From contig CAYXFD010000006.1 in assembly GCA_964464175.1 (NCBI GenBank), forward strand, positions 2,893 through 66,892: a stretch of DNA of 64,000 nt. The letters are read 5' to 3'. Source of the stretch: an uncultured Candidatus Cloacimonadota bacterium (GTDB lineage Bacteria > Cloacimonadota > Cloacimonadia > Cloacimonadales > JAJBBL01). Numbering within the stretch: the first letter of the stretch is position 1; each line of letters opens with the position of its first letter. Positions 49,409 through 59,009 of the stretch are shown here, in pieces. The position numbers and the translations under genes are program-made. Under the pieces are notes generated by a model. That model saw nothing but the letters and a program-made list of their open reading frames with translations. It was not told where the DNA came from and made no database searches.

Positions 49409-50905
49409 TTAACCTTTGATAACTGCCACCGGTTTAGTCCGGATGACCTTCTTTAACAGTCCGCAGGCGACCATTGTTTCTACCACTGCGCTGACATCCT
49501 TGTAAGCAGAACTCCTTTCCTCCACAAGAGTCCCTTTGGTAGCAGAATGCACCAGAATAGCCAATTTTTTCATTTCTTCGATAACCTGGTAGGGGGAAGA
49601 GGTCTTCTGAGCCTCTTTTCTGCTCATAATCCTGCCGGCACCATGGCAGGAAGAGCCGAAAGTCTCCTGCATAGCAGCCTCAGTCCCGAGACAGAGATAA
49701 CTGTATCTTCCCATATCCCCGGGAATAATTACCGGCTGTCCAATTTTTTGGTATTGCTGAGGAAGGAGTGGATGGTTTGGGGGAAAAGCCCTGGTAGCTC
49801 CTTTACGGTGAACGCAAAGAAGCTGCTTTTTCCTCAATCCGGTCGACTCTTTTTCTCTCTCAGGCTTGGGTAGTTTCTCTTTCAATACATTGTGTTCTTC
49901 GAGTTTAGCAATATTGTGGCTGACATCATAAAGGAGGGAGAAACCTAAACTGCCCGGGGAAATCCGGAGGCTTTCTCTCAATTCTCGTTCCACCAGAGCC
50001 ATCATTACCTGGCGGTTAGACCAGGCATAATTGGCAGCACAGACCATTGCAGAATAATACTTTCTTCCTAAGGGAGATTTGATGTATGCTGAAATCAATT
50101 GATTATCAGGAAGATAAAAATCGTTGCTGTTCCTGTTTTGTTTCATTTCAGATACATAATCGCTGCATATCTGATGACCTAATCCTCTTGATCCGCTGTG
50201 AATGAGAATTATTACCTGATTCTCTTTCAATCCAAAAAAATCTGCATTTGCCCGGTCAAATATCTCTTCCACCAACCCCATTTCGATAAAATGGTTTCCG
50301 GAGCCGAGTGTTCCCATCTGTTCCAAGCCCCGGGTCCTGGCTTTGGTACTGACACAATCAGGGTCAGCACCCGGCATAGAACCTTTCTCTTCCATGAATT
50401 CCAGGCTTTCTTCCTCTCCATATCCATTCTCTACTCCCCATTCTGCTCCTTTGGTCATTATTCTTTCCAAATCTTGGGAAGTGAGTTTTTTAATGGCTCT
50501 TTTGGAACCTACTCCGGTAGGAATAGCATTATTCATTCTGTTAATAATGGTTGGTAACTTGTCTTTTATCTCCTCATAGAACAGGTTAGTTCTGATAAAT
50601 CTGACTCCGCAGTTAATATCATATCCGACCCCTCCCGGAGAGATAACACCGGTTTCGTAATCCATGGCAGCAACACCACCAATAGGGAAGCCGTACCCTT
50701 CATGAATATCAGGCATAGCAAGAGAATGACCTACAATTCCCGGGAGCATTGCCACGTTTCTGACTTGCAGAAGTGATCTGTCTTTTTTTAAGTATGAGAC
50801 AAGGTGGGAATTAGCAAAGATCCTGCCGGAAACCTTCATACTATCCTGCCTGGGTATTTCCCAGCGATTTTCATCTATTTTTACTAACTCGATTTTTTGA
50901 ACCAT
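49409..50905 (-). CDS. rtcB: RNA 3'-phosphate ligase RtcB
   Basis: 498 aa with motifs GYDINCGVR, GSGNHFIEMG, HSGSRGLGHQ, PGDMGRYSY and SSCHGAGR. SD AGGAGGAAG. Confidence 0.92.
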   Translation of the reverse strand: MVQKIELVKIDENRWEIPRQDSMKVSGRIFANSHLVSYLKKDRSLLQVRNVAMLPGIVGHSLAMPDIHEGYGFPIGGVAAMDYETGVISPGGVGYDINCGVRFIRTNLFYEEIKDKLPTIINRMNNAIPTGVGSKRAIKKLTSQDLERIMTKGAEWGVENGYGEEESLEFMEEKGSMPGADPDCVSTKARTRGLEQMGTLGSGNHFIEMGLVEEIFDRANADFFGLKENQVIILIHSGSRGLGHQICSDYVSEMKQNRNSNDFYLPDNQLISAYIKSPLGRKYYSAMVCAANYAWSNRQVMMALVERELRESLRISPGSLGFSLLYDVSHNIAKLEEHNVLKEKLPKPEREKESTGLRKKQLLCVHRKGATRAFPPNHPLLPQQYQKIGQPVIIPGDMGRYSYLCLGTEAAMQETFGSSCHGAGRIMSRKEAQKTSSPYQVIEEMKKLAILVHSATKGTLVEERSSAYKDVSAVVETMVACGLLKKVIRTKPVAVIKG

Positions 50906-50940
50906 GCTTCCTCCTGCTTATCTATTAACTTGGTTATTGA

Positions 50941-50969
50941 AAAATACATGCTGTAATTGCCTGCGTCAA
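50941..50969 (-). promoter_or_regulatory. sigma70-like promoter candidate for rtcB
   Basis: Minus strand reads TTGACG (50969-50964), a 17-nt spacer, then TATTTT (50946-50941), about 35 nt upstream of the ATG. Confidence 0.35.
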
Positions 50970-51213
50970 GATTTTTTAGCTCAATCGCTATCGATAATCT
51001 TTAACATTCAATCCCCATAACAATAAACAAAAATGGACTAAAAAAAGCTAATAATTAAAGTTATCCGGTAGGTTTTCTGATGAATAACAGGGGAAGGGGA
51101 TGAGAGTTATCACGGCAAGCGACTATTAAGCGATAGCTTAAGAAACTCTGTTTGGAAAGTCTCTTGCTTAGTATTCTGTTATTCGGTAGCGTCAAATAAT
51201 TAGTAAAGAAAAG

Positions 51214-52755
51214 TTATTTAACATAGCGCAGCATCTCTTTCAAGACACCCGGTTGATTGGCAGCTTTCACAGCAGCTTCAGGAGAAATCAAACCCTGCTT
51301 GAACTTATCATATAGATCCTGTTCCATCGTCTGGGAGCCTGTCTTTCTCCCTTGTTGAATCACAGAGTATAGTTCACCAAGATTTCCGGAATGAAACATC
51401 TGAGTGATCTGTTTATCGTTGATAAGAATCTCTTTGATAGGGATCATTTGATTCTGGGAAGTGGGAAGTAGCTGCAGGCAAACAATAACCGCTAATGTCC
51501 GGGCTAAGCGTCCCCTGGCCATCTCATGTGACTCAGGGGGATAAAATGAAAGGAGCCTAAAAACAGCTTCCATTACACTTTTCACTTTCATAGTAGCAAT
51601 CACCAGACTTCCGGAATCCACTAATTTCAGGGCATTTTCTAATATTTCAGGGCTTGAAATATCTTCGAAAACTACCAAATTTGGCTGATAGTCAAGGCAT
51701 CTCTTCAAGGCATCAGGCAAAGAGACAACATCATGATGGAGTTTCTGCTGGCGGATAATAGATTTTTTGGATTCATGATAGTATTCGAGGGAATCGGAAA
51801 TAACAAAGATATTCCCTGGCAGATAGGTATTATTCAAATCGACAATTGCATCGATCAAGCTGCTTTTACCGGAAGAGGGGGGACCGGAGATTATAACCAG
51901 ACCGGAGTTGTTATTTTTAAAGGTCATCTTGTTTACAACGAAATCAGAGAACTTCATCTGCTCAAGATTGATCAGGCTGCGGCGGGTAGTTTTGATTCCA
52001 ATGACCAATTCATCCATATCAAAATAAATGAGCAGCCGGTATCTATAGATAGAGTTATTCTCCCGGATTTCGAAATTAGTTTTAACCGATTTCTTCTTGA
52101 TAAGAATATCTAACTCGAAATCGTTCAAGATGCTCACAACCATTATTTGTATCTCATCCTGAGTGAATCTCGTATCCAAATCGATAGGTTTGAACTGGGT
52201 TAAAAACTTTCCCCAAATCCGGTCTTTAGAGCCGGGACCACCAATTTCTATATATCCCGGTTTGATTGATTCCATCCGAAACAAAAAATCCCGGAAGCGA
52301 TTATACATCTTTTCCTGTAATTCAAAATCTATTGCTAATTTATCTTTGAGTCTGTGAAGTTTCTCGGCGATATCAGAATGATACAGCTTCTTTCTTTCCA
52401 GAATTCCCTGAGCTACAGTTGAGCGAAAATCGGCAAATTTAATCGGTTTGGTCAAAAATCTGAACGCTCCCTGTTCTAACGCCTGATCCAGAAACTCTTT
52501 CTTATCAAATCCGGTAATGACAATAACTACTGCATCGGGATCAAAGGTTTTCAAGACTTTGAGGAATTCTATCCCATTCATTTCCGGCATAAAGACATCG
52601 GTAACATAAAGATCGAATTTTTCCGTACCGGCTAAGTTAAAGGCTTCTTGTCCGTTTTCTGCTTGATAGATATCATAATCCTCACCTTCAAGAAATTGCA
52701 CGAATAATTCTCTGGTTTCTTTTTCATCATCAATGATAAGAATCTTCGGTTTCAT
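51214..52755 (-). CDS. response-regulator receiver domain fused to a PilT-like (type II/IV secretion ATPase family) protein
   Basis: REC domain (KILIIDDEKETRELF...DLYVTDVFMPEMNG...KP), then a full PilT-like N-domain and ATPase core with Walker A GPPSSGKSS. The ATG at 52755 follows GGGAGA, although the ORF opens at a GTG at 52773. Confidence 0.8.
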   Translation of the reverse strand: MKPKILIIDDEKETRELFVQFLEGEDYDIYQAENGQEAFNLAGTEKFDLYVTDVFMPEMNGIEFLKVLKTFDPDAVVIVITGFDKKEFLDQALEQGAFRFLTKPIKFADFRSTVAQGILERKKLYHSDIAEKLHRLKDKLAIDFELQEKMYNRFRDFLFRMESIKPGYIEIGGPGSKDRIWGKFLTQFKPIDLDTRFTQDEIQIMVVSILNDFELDILIKKKSVKTNFEIRENNSIYRYRLLIYFDMDELVIGIKTTRRSLINLEQMKFSDFVVNKMTFKNNNSGLVIISGPPSSGKSSLIDAIVDLNNTYLPGNIFVISDSLEYYHESKKSIIRQQKLHHDVVSLPDALKRCLDYQPNLVVFEDISSPEILENALKLVDSGSLVIATMKVKSVMEAVFRLLSFYPPESHEMARGRLARTLAVIVCLQLLPTSQNQMIPIKEILINDKQITQMFHSGNLGELYSVIQQGRKTGSQTMEQDLYDKFKQGLISPEAAVKAANQPGVLKEMLRYVK

Positions 52756-53442
52756 AATAATCTCCCATTTCACCTCAAGTATCTGCTAAATCAAATTATA
52801 CTGTATTCTCTGTGTTGCCAGTAAGTCAATAAAAAACATCGCAAAAAGAGAGGTATGCTTGTGAGACTCTTTATATACCCACCCGACATCCCAAAAGGAT
52901 TTTGTTTCTGTTATGCCTTAACACTTCGCTCAATGCAGGGCAGAAACTATAATCAAGAGACAAATCCTCCATCTGCCTGTTGCTACCGAATTGTCCGTGA
53001 AAATGAGAAAGCAGTTCACTTGTTTAGATTAAAAAGTTAATAAAGCTACTTATTGCTTGATTTGGCTAAGGACAGTTCCTTTTTGTTGATCGGGTGCCGG
53101 CAATCGAAGAAGAAAGGGTATTGTCAGGGGGGAGGGATGAAGCAGCCAAAAGCAGCTTGGGCAGCAGATAGAGAAAGACTAAAAGCGATGACAATTCACT
53201 TTTTTTGGTAACAAAGAGTACTCAAAACTGTTACACTGATGAGCAGAGATTAAGCAAAAAAAAAGAGAGAATCTCTGGAATCATTCCGAATCCGGTAATC
53301 TTAGTCATATAGCTAAAAAAAGATATATTGCTTGACAGTTCAAAACTTCTCAAATATTGAAAAATATGATGATAATTATGATTCTGAGGCTTAGGCTATT
53401 TCGCTGTCAAAGATTCGGAAAATACAACTGAAGGAGTAATTC

Positions 53443-53967
53443 ATGATTTATCAACAAATTAAGAAAACTATTATCCTGGTATTGTTACTGGCGGCAAGCT
53501 TGTTACTTATAGCCCAGCAACCACCACAGGGTTTTCAGGAGCTTTATGAGGAATACGGAATCCTTAGCCAGCAGCTTCGCTCCACCCAGCAGTTAGCAAT
53601 GCAGGATCCGGAGATAGTAAAACAGTCTGAGGAATTTTCAGAGTTCATAGACGTTAAACTTAAAGAACAGGGAACAGAAGTAGCAGAATTAGTGGATGAA
53701 CGAAACGAAGTTATTGAAGAGATAGAGACTGCCAGAGAGAATCAGGATCAGGAATCGGAAGGAGAATTGCAACCTAAGTATCAGCAGATTAGTCAGAAGT
53801 TACAACCATACATTGAGACTGTTTTTGAAGACAGTGCAGTCCAGGAAAGGCAAGCAGTGTTAGAAGCCTTGATGATCGAGAAGATGAAAGAGATCGATCC
53901 GGAATCAGAACAGAAAATGGATAGATTAGAAGAGATTACCGAAGAGATCCAAAAAATGATGGAATAA
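53443..53967 (+). CDS. hypothetical secreted acidic coiled-coil protein
   Basis: 174 aa; SD GAAGGAG; signal peptide (KKTIILVLLLAASLLLIAQQ). The remainder is E/Q-rich and helical, with no motif I can place. Confidence 0.4.
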   Translation: MIYQQIKKTIILVLLLAASLLLIAQQPPQGFQELYEEYGILSQQLRSTQQLAMQDPEIVKQSEEFSEFIDVKLKEQGTEVAELVDERNEVIEEIETARENQDQESEGELQPKYQQISQKLQPYIETVFEDSAVQERQAVLEALMIEKMKEIDPESEQKMDRLEEITEEIQKMME

Positions 53968-54070
53968 TTCGGAGATTAGCTTCTAAAAAGGGTTTTGGGA
54001 TAGTTTTCCGTTACTACCTTCACCATAAGGAGATAATCTTTAGCTTTTTTGTCATGAAAAAGTTAAGACT

Positions 54071-57000
54071 CTAAAGATTGTTGAGATAGTGTTCCAGTTG
54101 GTGATCGAAATTTGAAAAACCGTCGTAAAAGAGAGTGACGATAGGAACCGAGTATTCCTTTGAGATTTGATTGAGGATTACGCTGCTAATAGTGCCTGGC
54201 ATACAACTGAAGGGAGCAACATTGATTATCAGTTTTGCTCCTCCTTCAATAAAGGCAATAGTTCTGCCTATAGTCAGCAACGCTTCCCCTCTAATTGATT
54301 CCGAGAGATAAGGGACGGCTTTGTCGATCATCTCCTGGGTGGTCGGTTCCAGGCGGTCTTTCAGCATATCCTTGAAAAGACGGTAATACTTATTCTCAAT
54401 TGCCGCGACTATATTATTGGATACGATATCTTTTATCACTTCGGTTAAGGGTACACTTTTCTTTTTCTTTAGCCAGGTGGTATAATGCAGCCATTCCATA
54501 AAAGGAGCAACCCAGGCTTCGGCACCATGTTCTTCGATTTTCTTGATAAGATTATCGTTAGAGAAGGGAGAACAGCGAACGTATATTTCCCCGACGATAC
54601 CTACCAGAGGTTTTGTCTCACTTATATCGATATGGAGTGAAAGCAGCTCCCGGTAAAATGAGGTTAATGTCTCGGAAAGCTGATTCTGTGTCTCTATAGC
54701 CCTGATCAGGGAAGAGGTGTTTTTTTCTAAAAGCAGCTCTACTTTCTCAGGGTTACTGGCATAGGGCCGGAGCTTACAGCCCAGTTTTACGATAATATCG
54801 GTGATGACAACAGCCTTGGCAATAAGTAACCGCAATTTTCCTGAGACATCACCATAGTTGTTTTCCGAATTTGCTGAGAACACCTCAATATCTAACCCTA
54901 AACGCTCCAGTATCATCTTTTGTAAAAAGCCGTATTGCCCGAACCTGCAAGGTCCTGAGGCACAAGGCATGAAAAGAGCTGTGTTGCTGTGAGAGTCTGG
55001 GTTGTTCTCTTCATAGTAATCTAATAAAGAGCCAAAAGTTGAAGCTGCAGGAAGGCATTCTGATCCTCTCAAACAGGCTTTTCCTTTCTGATATGTCTCC
55101 CGGTTTTCCTTCTTCAGGGGAACAGCATCAAAGTTATGAGCCCGGAAAGCTGCTGCCAGAAGTCTTGTGCCGTGAGGATGCATCGGGGGGAATAGAAGCT
55201 TCTTATTCTTGTAACCGACATCTTTATTATCCCTTTGTTTTTTGAGCTCACCACTAAGAAGACTGTTTTCTTTTTCTCCGTTCTGTTTAACTGTTTTTGC
55301 TTCCTGATAACTCTTTATTCTATCCAGAAAAGCCTCTATCCTGGTCATGTATCCGGCATTACCGCTGTGTTCATCTAATTCCAGTATCAGGAAAGGTTTG
55401 TCAGACCAGATTTTTTCCAGGATGCTCAGGATAAAGGAGTCTGGTCCGCAGTTGAAATTAGTCAGGAAGAGAGGGAAAAAATTCGGAAAGCTGTTGAGTT
55501 TTTCAGCTGCACTAAAAAACTTTTGTCCGTAACTCCAGTACATGTTATTATAGACAGGATTAATCTCTTCTCTCCTTGCCGGGATCAGATCATAGGGGAT
55601 CAGGGTGAAGCCATACTTAGCAGTATCTTTAATCAGAGCGAGATTCAAGGCTTCATCATATAGATTATAAGCCCGTCCCATGACAACCAACACAGGCTTG
55701 TTATCGGAAGATAGTATCTTGCTTAATTCCAGGCTCTGTTCATAAGTGTCATCAATGCTTTTCCTTTGCAAGGTTTCTGCTTTGGTAAAAGCTTCGGCGA
55801 TTTCTTTCTCTGTCAGAGAGAACCGCTGAGACAGATACCGGTGAAGACGCTTAATATTCTTCTCTTTAGCTTCACTAAAGTCAATCACCGGAGTAATCAA
55901 CTCGCTGCTCTCTATCTTATTGTAGTTTAAGATACTATTGATAATTGCCGGAAAAGACTGAGTTATAACACAGAAATAGGAGTTTGTTGTCTTGGAATTT
56001 TTAGTATCACGGATAATATAAGGGACAAAGATGTTCTTTTTCCTATTCTTCAGGAGATAGATAATATGACCCATGGCCAGTTTCATCGGGTAACAGATTT
56101 CATTGGGACTATACTTCAAGCCGAGACCGGTTGTTTCTCTGGAAGAAGAGGGAGAAGATTCAATGGTAAAATCGAGTTCCGACCAGAATTTATACCAGAA
56201 CTGACTGTGGGAATAGAAAAAAAGGGTTTTCGGTATAGTAATTATCCGGCCCCTGTCGCTGCTTGGTTCACTTCCTGCTTTTTCCCCGGCAGAATGATAT
56301 CTTACCGGATTATCCGATCCGGGGAAAGAGAAATACTTACGGTATCTATCATCGGTTTTCCGACTTTTAGTATCTTCCCCGCATTTTTGACCCCAGGAGA
56401 CCACAGAATCTTCAGTTTCCAGATAAATGATCAGACAACGATTTTGACATTTATCACATTGTCGCTCCTTAAAATCTATCTTCTGGTCATCCAGATCCCA
56501 TCCCTTGAAGAGAGTCTCTTTACCGGTCATTTCCCGGATAAGAAGTTCGGTCATTCCCAAAGCACCCATGATATGGCTATGACGAGAGGTTTTGATCTTT
56601 TTCCCCAGTATATTCTGAAAAGCTTCTACTAATCCCCGGTTTCTGGCTGTCGCGCCTAAAAACAGTATCGGCTCGGACACCGGTCTATTCTGTACTACTC
56701 TATGCAGATAATTACGGCAAACTGCATGGAGCAGCGAAGTTACGACTTCCTCTTTGGAGTGACCATCAACAATCAGTTTTTGGGCATCCATTTCCATAAA
56801 GACTGTACAACGGTCATTCATTTTAGGAGCAGATACTCCAGCACTGAGTGTCTCGAAATCATCCAATCCGATATTCAGTACCTGAGCCTGCTCTTCCAGA
56901 AAGGATCCAGTCCCGGCAGCACAGGCATAATTCATATTAGCATCTTTCATCCAGCCGTCATCAACAAGAATATACTTGGAATCCTGTCCCCCTATCTCGA

Positions 57001-58240
57001 AAATGGTTCTTACATCCTTATGTTCTCTCAATGCTCCTTTGAGATGAGCAGTGATCTCGTTTGTGATCATATCCGCTCCGGCATAAGAACCAACGATTTT
57101 TCTACCGCTGCCTGTCGTTCCCATTCCCTTGACCTGCAAGTCCAGTTGATGGATGTTTTGGTACTCCTTTATTCCTTTCAGCAATTTTTGATATGCGGCA
57201 ATGGGGTTACCTGATGTTCTCCGGTAGAAGTTGAACAGTATCTCGCCGGTTTCGGAGTTTCTAACTACCCCCTTGGTACTTGTCGAACCTATGTCAATAC
57301 CCAAGAAAACAGGTATGGTTTGATTGTCAGATATCACATCAATACTGATTTCATTGCCATAACGGTCAATGTATCTGTGCTTCAGATGTTCCTTGTTTTC
57401 GGAAGGTCTAAAGGTAAGTCTTTTTTCAAACGCCTGAGATGTCTTTACCGGTTTGTTCGAAGAATAACTATGCAGGTTCTCCTCGGAATGAATGAAATGG
57501 TATCCCGAAAGAGCGACAAAACTCTCTGGCTTTTCGGGAATAATTAGCTTGTTCTCGGGTATCAGTCTGGAGAAATAATGATAAAAAAGGGGATTCTTTA
57601 CCAGCCCCCCGATCAAGAGGATTTTCCCTTCGATAGCAGTTCCCCGGAGAAGAGTGGTATAACACGACTCAGCCATTCCTTTGGTTAAACCGTTCCAGAG
57701 TTCTTCGACCGAATATCCTTCCTGTTGCCGGTGAATTAGGTCGCTTTTGGCAAAAACAGCACATCTACTGGCAATCGAAGGTATCCTTCGGGTCGGTTTG
57801 ATTTTTTCGAGATCACGGAAGGATAATTCCATCCTTATCATTTGTTGATCAAGGAAAGAGCCGGTACCGGAGGCACAGAGAGAGTTAGTCTGAAAGCGGT
57901 GAAATCTTCCTTTCCGGATTTCCAGGAGTGATAAGGAGGCAGCCCCAATATCAATAACATACTGGATATCATCGGCAAGCCGGCTGGTGTAATGAATGAC
58001 CGGAATGGTCCAATCGAGAGGTTTGATGGAACTGTTGTTGAGGAGGATGTAGCGGTACTTCCCTGTTACAGTTCCCACTATCTGAGAACGATCTGACGGT
58101 AATTGATTTTCTTCGATTTCCCGGATGATCTTTAAGGGATCAGAAAAGTGTTCTTTTATTATTATCTCTTGTGGTTCAATATCATTGCCTATTACTGCTT
58201 TAAGAGATTTTGTTCCTATATCATAACTAATTTTGATCAT
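54071..58240 (-). CDS. giant fusion: two tandem BcrA/BadF/HgdC-type activase ATPase domains + Cys-rich 2-hydroxyacyl-CoA-dehydratase-related (DUF2229-like) C-terminal half
   Basis: 1389 aa. ASKHA phosphate motifs YDIGTKSLKAV and GIDIGSTSTKGV. Activase cluster and helix motifs occur twice (SLCASGTGSFLDQ with RCAVFAKSD; NYACAAGTGSFLEEQ with RCTVFMEMD). The C-terminal half has conserved Cys motifs (CDKCQNRC, ICYPMK, NFNCGPDSF, PCASGPCRFGQYG, FSCMPGT). Confidence 0.8.
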   Translation of the reverse strand: MIKISYDIGTKSLKAVIGNDIEPQEIIIKEHFSDPLKIIREIEENQLPSDRSQIVGTVTGKYRYILLNNSSIKPLDWTIPVIHYTSRLADDIQYVIDIGAASLSLLEIRKGRFHRFQTNSLCASGTGSFLDQQMIRMELSFRDLEKIKPTRRIPSIASRCAVFAKSDLIHRQQEGYSVEELWNGLTKGMAESCYTTLLRGTAIEGKILLIGGLVKNPLFYHYFSRLIPENKLIIPEKPESFVALSGYHFIHSEENLHSYSSNKPVKTSQAFEKRLTFRPSENKEHLKHRYIDRYGNEISIDVISDNQTIPVFLGIDIGSTSTKGVVRNSETGEILFNFYRRTSGNPIAAYQKLLKGIKEYQNIHQLDLQVKGMGTTGSGRKIVGSYAGADMITNEITAHLKGALREHKDVRTIFEIGGQDSKYILVDDGWMKDANMNYACAAGTGSFLEEQAQVLNIGLDDFETLSAGVSAPKMNDRCTVFMEMDAQKLIVDGHSKEEVVTSLLHAVCRNYLHRVVQNRPVSEPILFLGATARNRGLVEAFQNILGKKIKTSRHSHIMGALGMTELLIREMTGKETLFKGWDLDDQKIDFKERQCDKCQNRCLIIYLETEDSVVSWGQKCGEDTKSRKTDDRYRKYFSFPGSDNPVRYHSAGEKAGSEPSSDRGRIITIPKTLFFYSHSQFWYKFWSELDFTIESSPSSSRETTGLGLKYSPNEICYPMKLAMGHIIYLLKNRKKNIFVPYIIRDTKNSKTTNSYFCVITQSFPAIINSILNYNKIESSELITPVIDFSEAKEKNIKRLHRYLSQRFSLTEKEIAEAFTKAETLQRKSIDDTYEQSLELSKILSSDNKPVLVVMGRAYNLYDEALNLALIKDTAKYGFTLIPYDLIPARREEINPVYNNMYWSYGQKFFSAAEKLNSFPNFFPLFLTNFNCGPDSFILSILEKIWSDKPFLILELDEHSGNAGYMTRIEAFLDRIKSYQEAKTVKQNGEKENSLLSGELKKQRDNKDVGYKNKKLLFPPMHPHGTRLLAAAFRAHNFDAVPLKKENRETYQKGKACLRGSECLPAASTFGSLLDYYEENNPDSHSNTALFMPCASGPCRFGQYGFLQKMILERLGLDIEVFSANSENNYGDVSGKLRLLIAKAVVITDIIVKLGCKLRPYASNPEKVELLLEKNTSSLIRAIETQNQLSETLTSFYRELLSLHIDISETKPLVGIVGEIYVRCSPFSNDNLIKKIEEHGAEAWVAPFMEWLHYTTWLKKKKSVPLTEVIKDIVSNNIVAAIENKYYRLFKDMLKDRLEPTTQEMIDKAVPYLSESIRGEALLTIGRTIAFIEGGAKLIINVAPFSCMPGTISSVILNQISKEYSVPIVTLFYDGFSNFDHQLEHYLNNL

Positions 58241-58301
58241 TTTTTCCCTAGAAATTTTATCATCTGAAACTGGGGTTGTTTACTCATCAATACCTGTCTG
58301 T

Positions 58302-58997
58302 TTATAAAAAGAATTCGGGTTGATTTTGTTTCTCGACTACAGGTTCAATCAGGCTTTGATGGTTGACAGCACTATTATTAACCTCTTTGGAAACAGGCTG
58401 TATAAGTGTTTTGTTTACGGGATAGGGTTTAAGCATTTCCAGTAAAGCACTTTGGTCAGTAGAAAAAAGCCAGTCCCTGAACGATGAAGGATTAATTATC
58501 ACCGGCATTCGGTGATGGATCGGCAAAAGTTGACCATTGGCTTTTGTAGTAATAATGGCAAATGCTTTCTCATTTTCCGGAAAATCTGCTTGAGGGTCAT
58601 TCCAAATTCCGGCAAAGAAAAACAGAGGTTCATCTTTGACGGTTATATAGTAAGGCTGGCGATCTGCTTTTCTCCATTCATAAAAACCGTTTGCCGGAAT
58701 GAGACATCTCCTTTTGTCAAACGACCCTTTAAAAGTGGGTTTTTCGGTAATTGTCTCCGACTTGGCATTAATGATAGTGAAGGGTTGTTTCCCGCTACTG
58801 GAGTGATAGACAAAATCGGGCATATAGCCCCATTTCCGGTATGAAAGCTCTATTTTGTTATTATTATTCAGCAACACAGGTATTGAAATACTCGGAGCGA
58901 TATTGTAATGGGGCGACCATTCAACGTTACTCTCTATCAGATCTGCGTATTTCATTATTACATCTATCTTGGAAAAAAGGGCAAAACGTCCGCACAT
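58302..58997 (-). CDS. SOS-response-associated peptidase (SRAP / YedK-like abasic-site sensor)
   Basis: 231 aa starting MCGRFAL, with the catalytic Cys2. Other motifs are NIAPS, FYEW and HHRMPVI. The start lies 12 nt after the umuC stop, with GGAG upstream. Confidence 0.9.
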   Translation of the reverse strand: MCGRFALFSKIDVIMKYADLIESNVEWSPHYNIAPSISIPVLLNNNNKIELSYRKWGYMPDFVYHSSSGKQPFTIINAKSETITEKPTFKGSFDKRRCLIPANGFYEWRKADRQPYYITVKDEPLFFFAGIWNDPQADFPENEKAFAIITTKANGQLLPIHHRMPVIINPSSFRDWLFSTDQSALLEMLKPYPVNKTLIQPVSKEVNNSAVNHQSLIEPVVEKQNQPEFFL

Positions 58998-59009
58998 AGT
59001 AGATCACTC

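Noticed and set aside
53120-53160. GTCAGG...GAAGCAGCCAAAAGCAG resembles the conserved helix-8 core of SRP (4.5S) RNA (GUCAGGUCCGGAAGGAAGCAGCCAAGGCAG).
   Set aside because: The segment between the two halves is all purine (GGGGAGGGAT), so it cannot form the tetraloop stem. There is no complementary 5'/3' closing helix in the flanks on either strand.
53137-53211. 24-aa ORF MKQPKAAWAADRERLKAMTIHFFW preceded by GGGGGGAGGG.
   Set aside because: The SD-like run abuts the ATG with only about 1 nt of spacing, and I recognise no conservation signal or motif. It is kept only as a note inside the long-gap finding.
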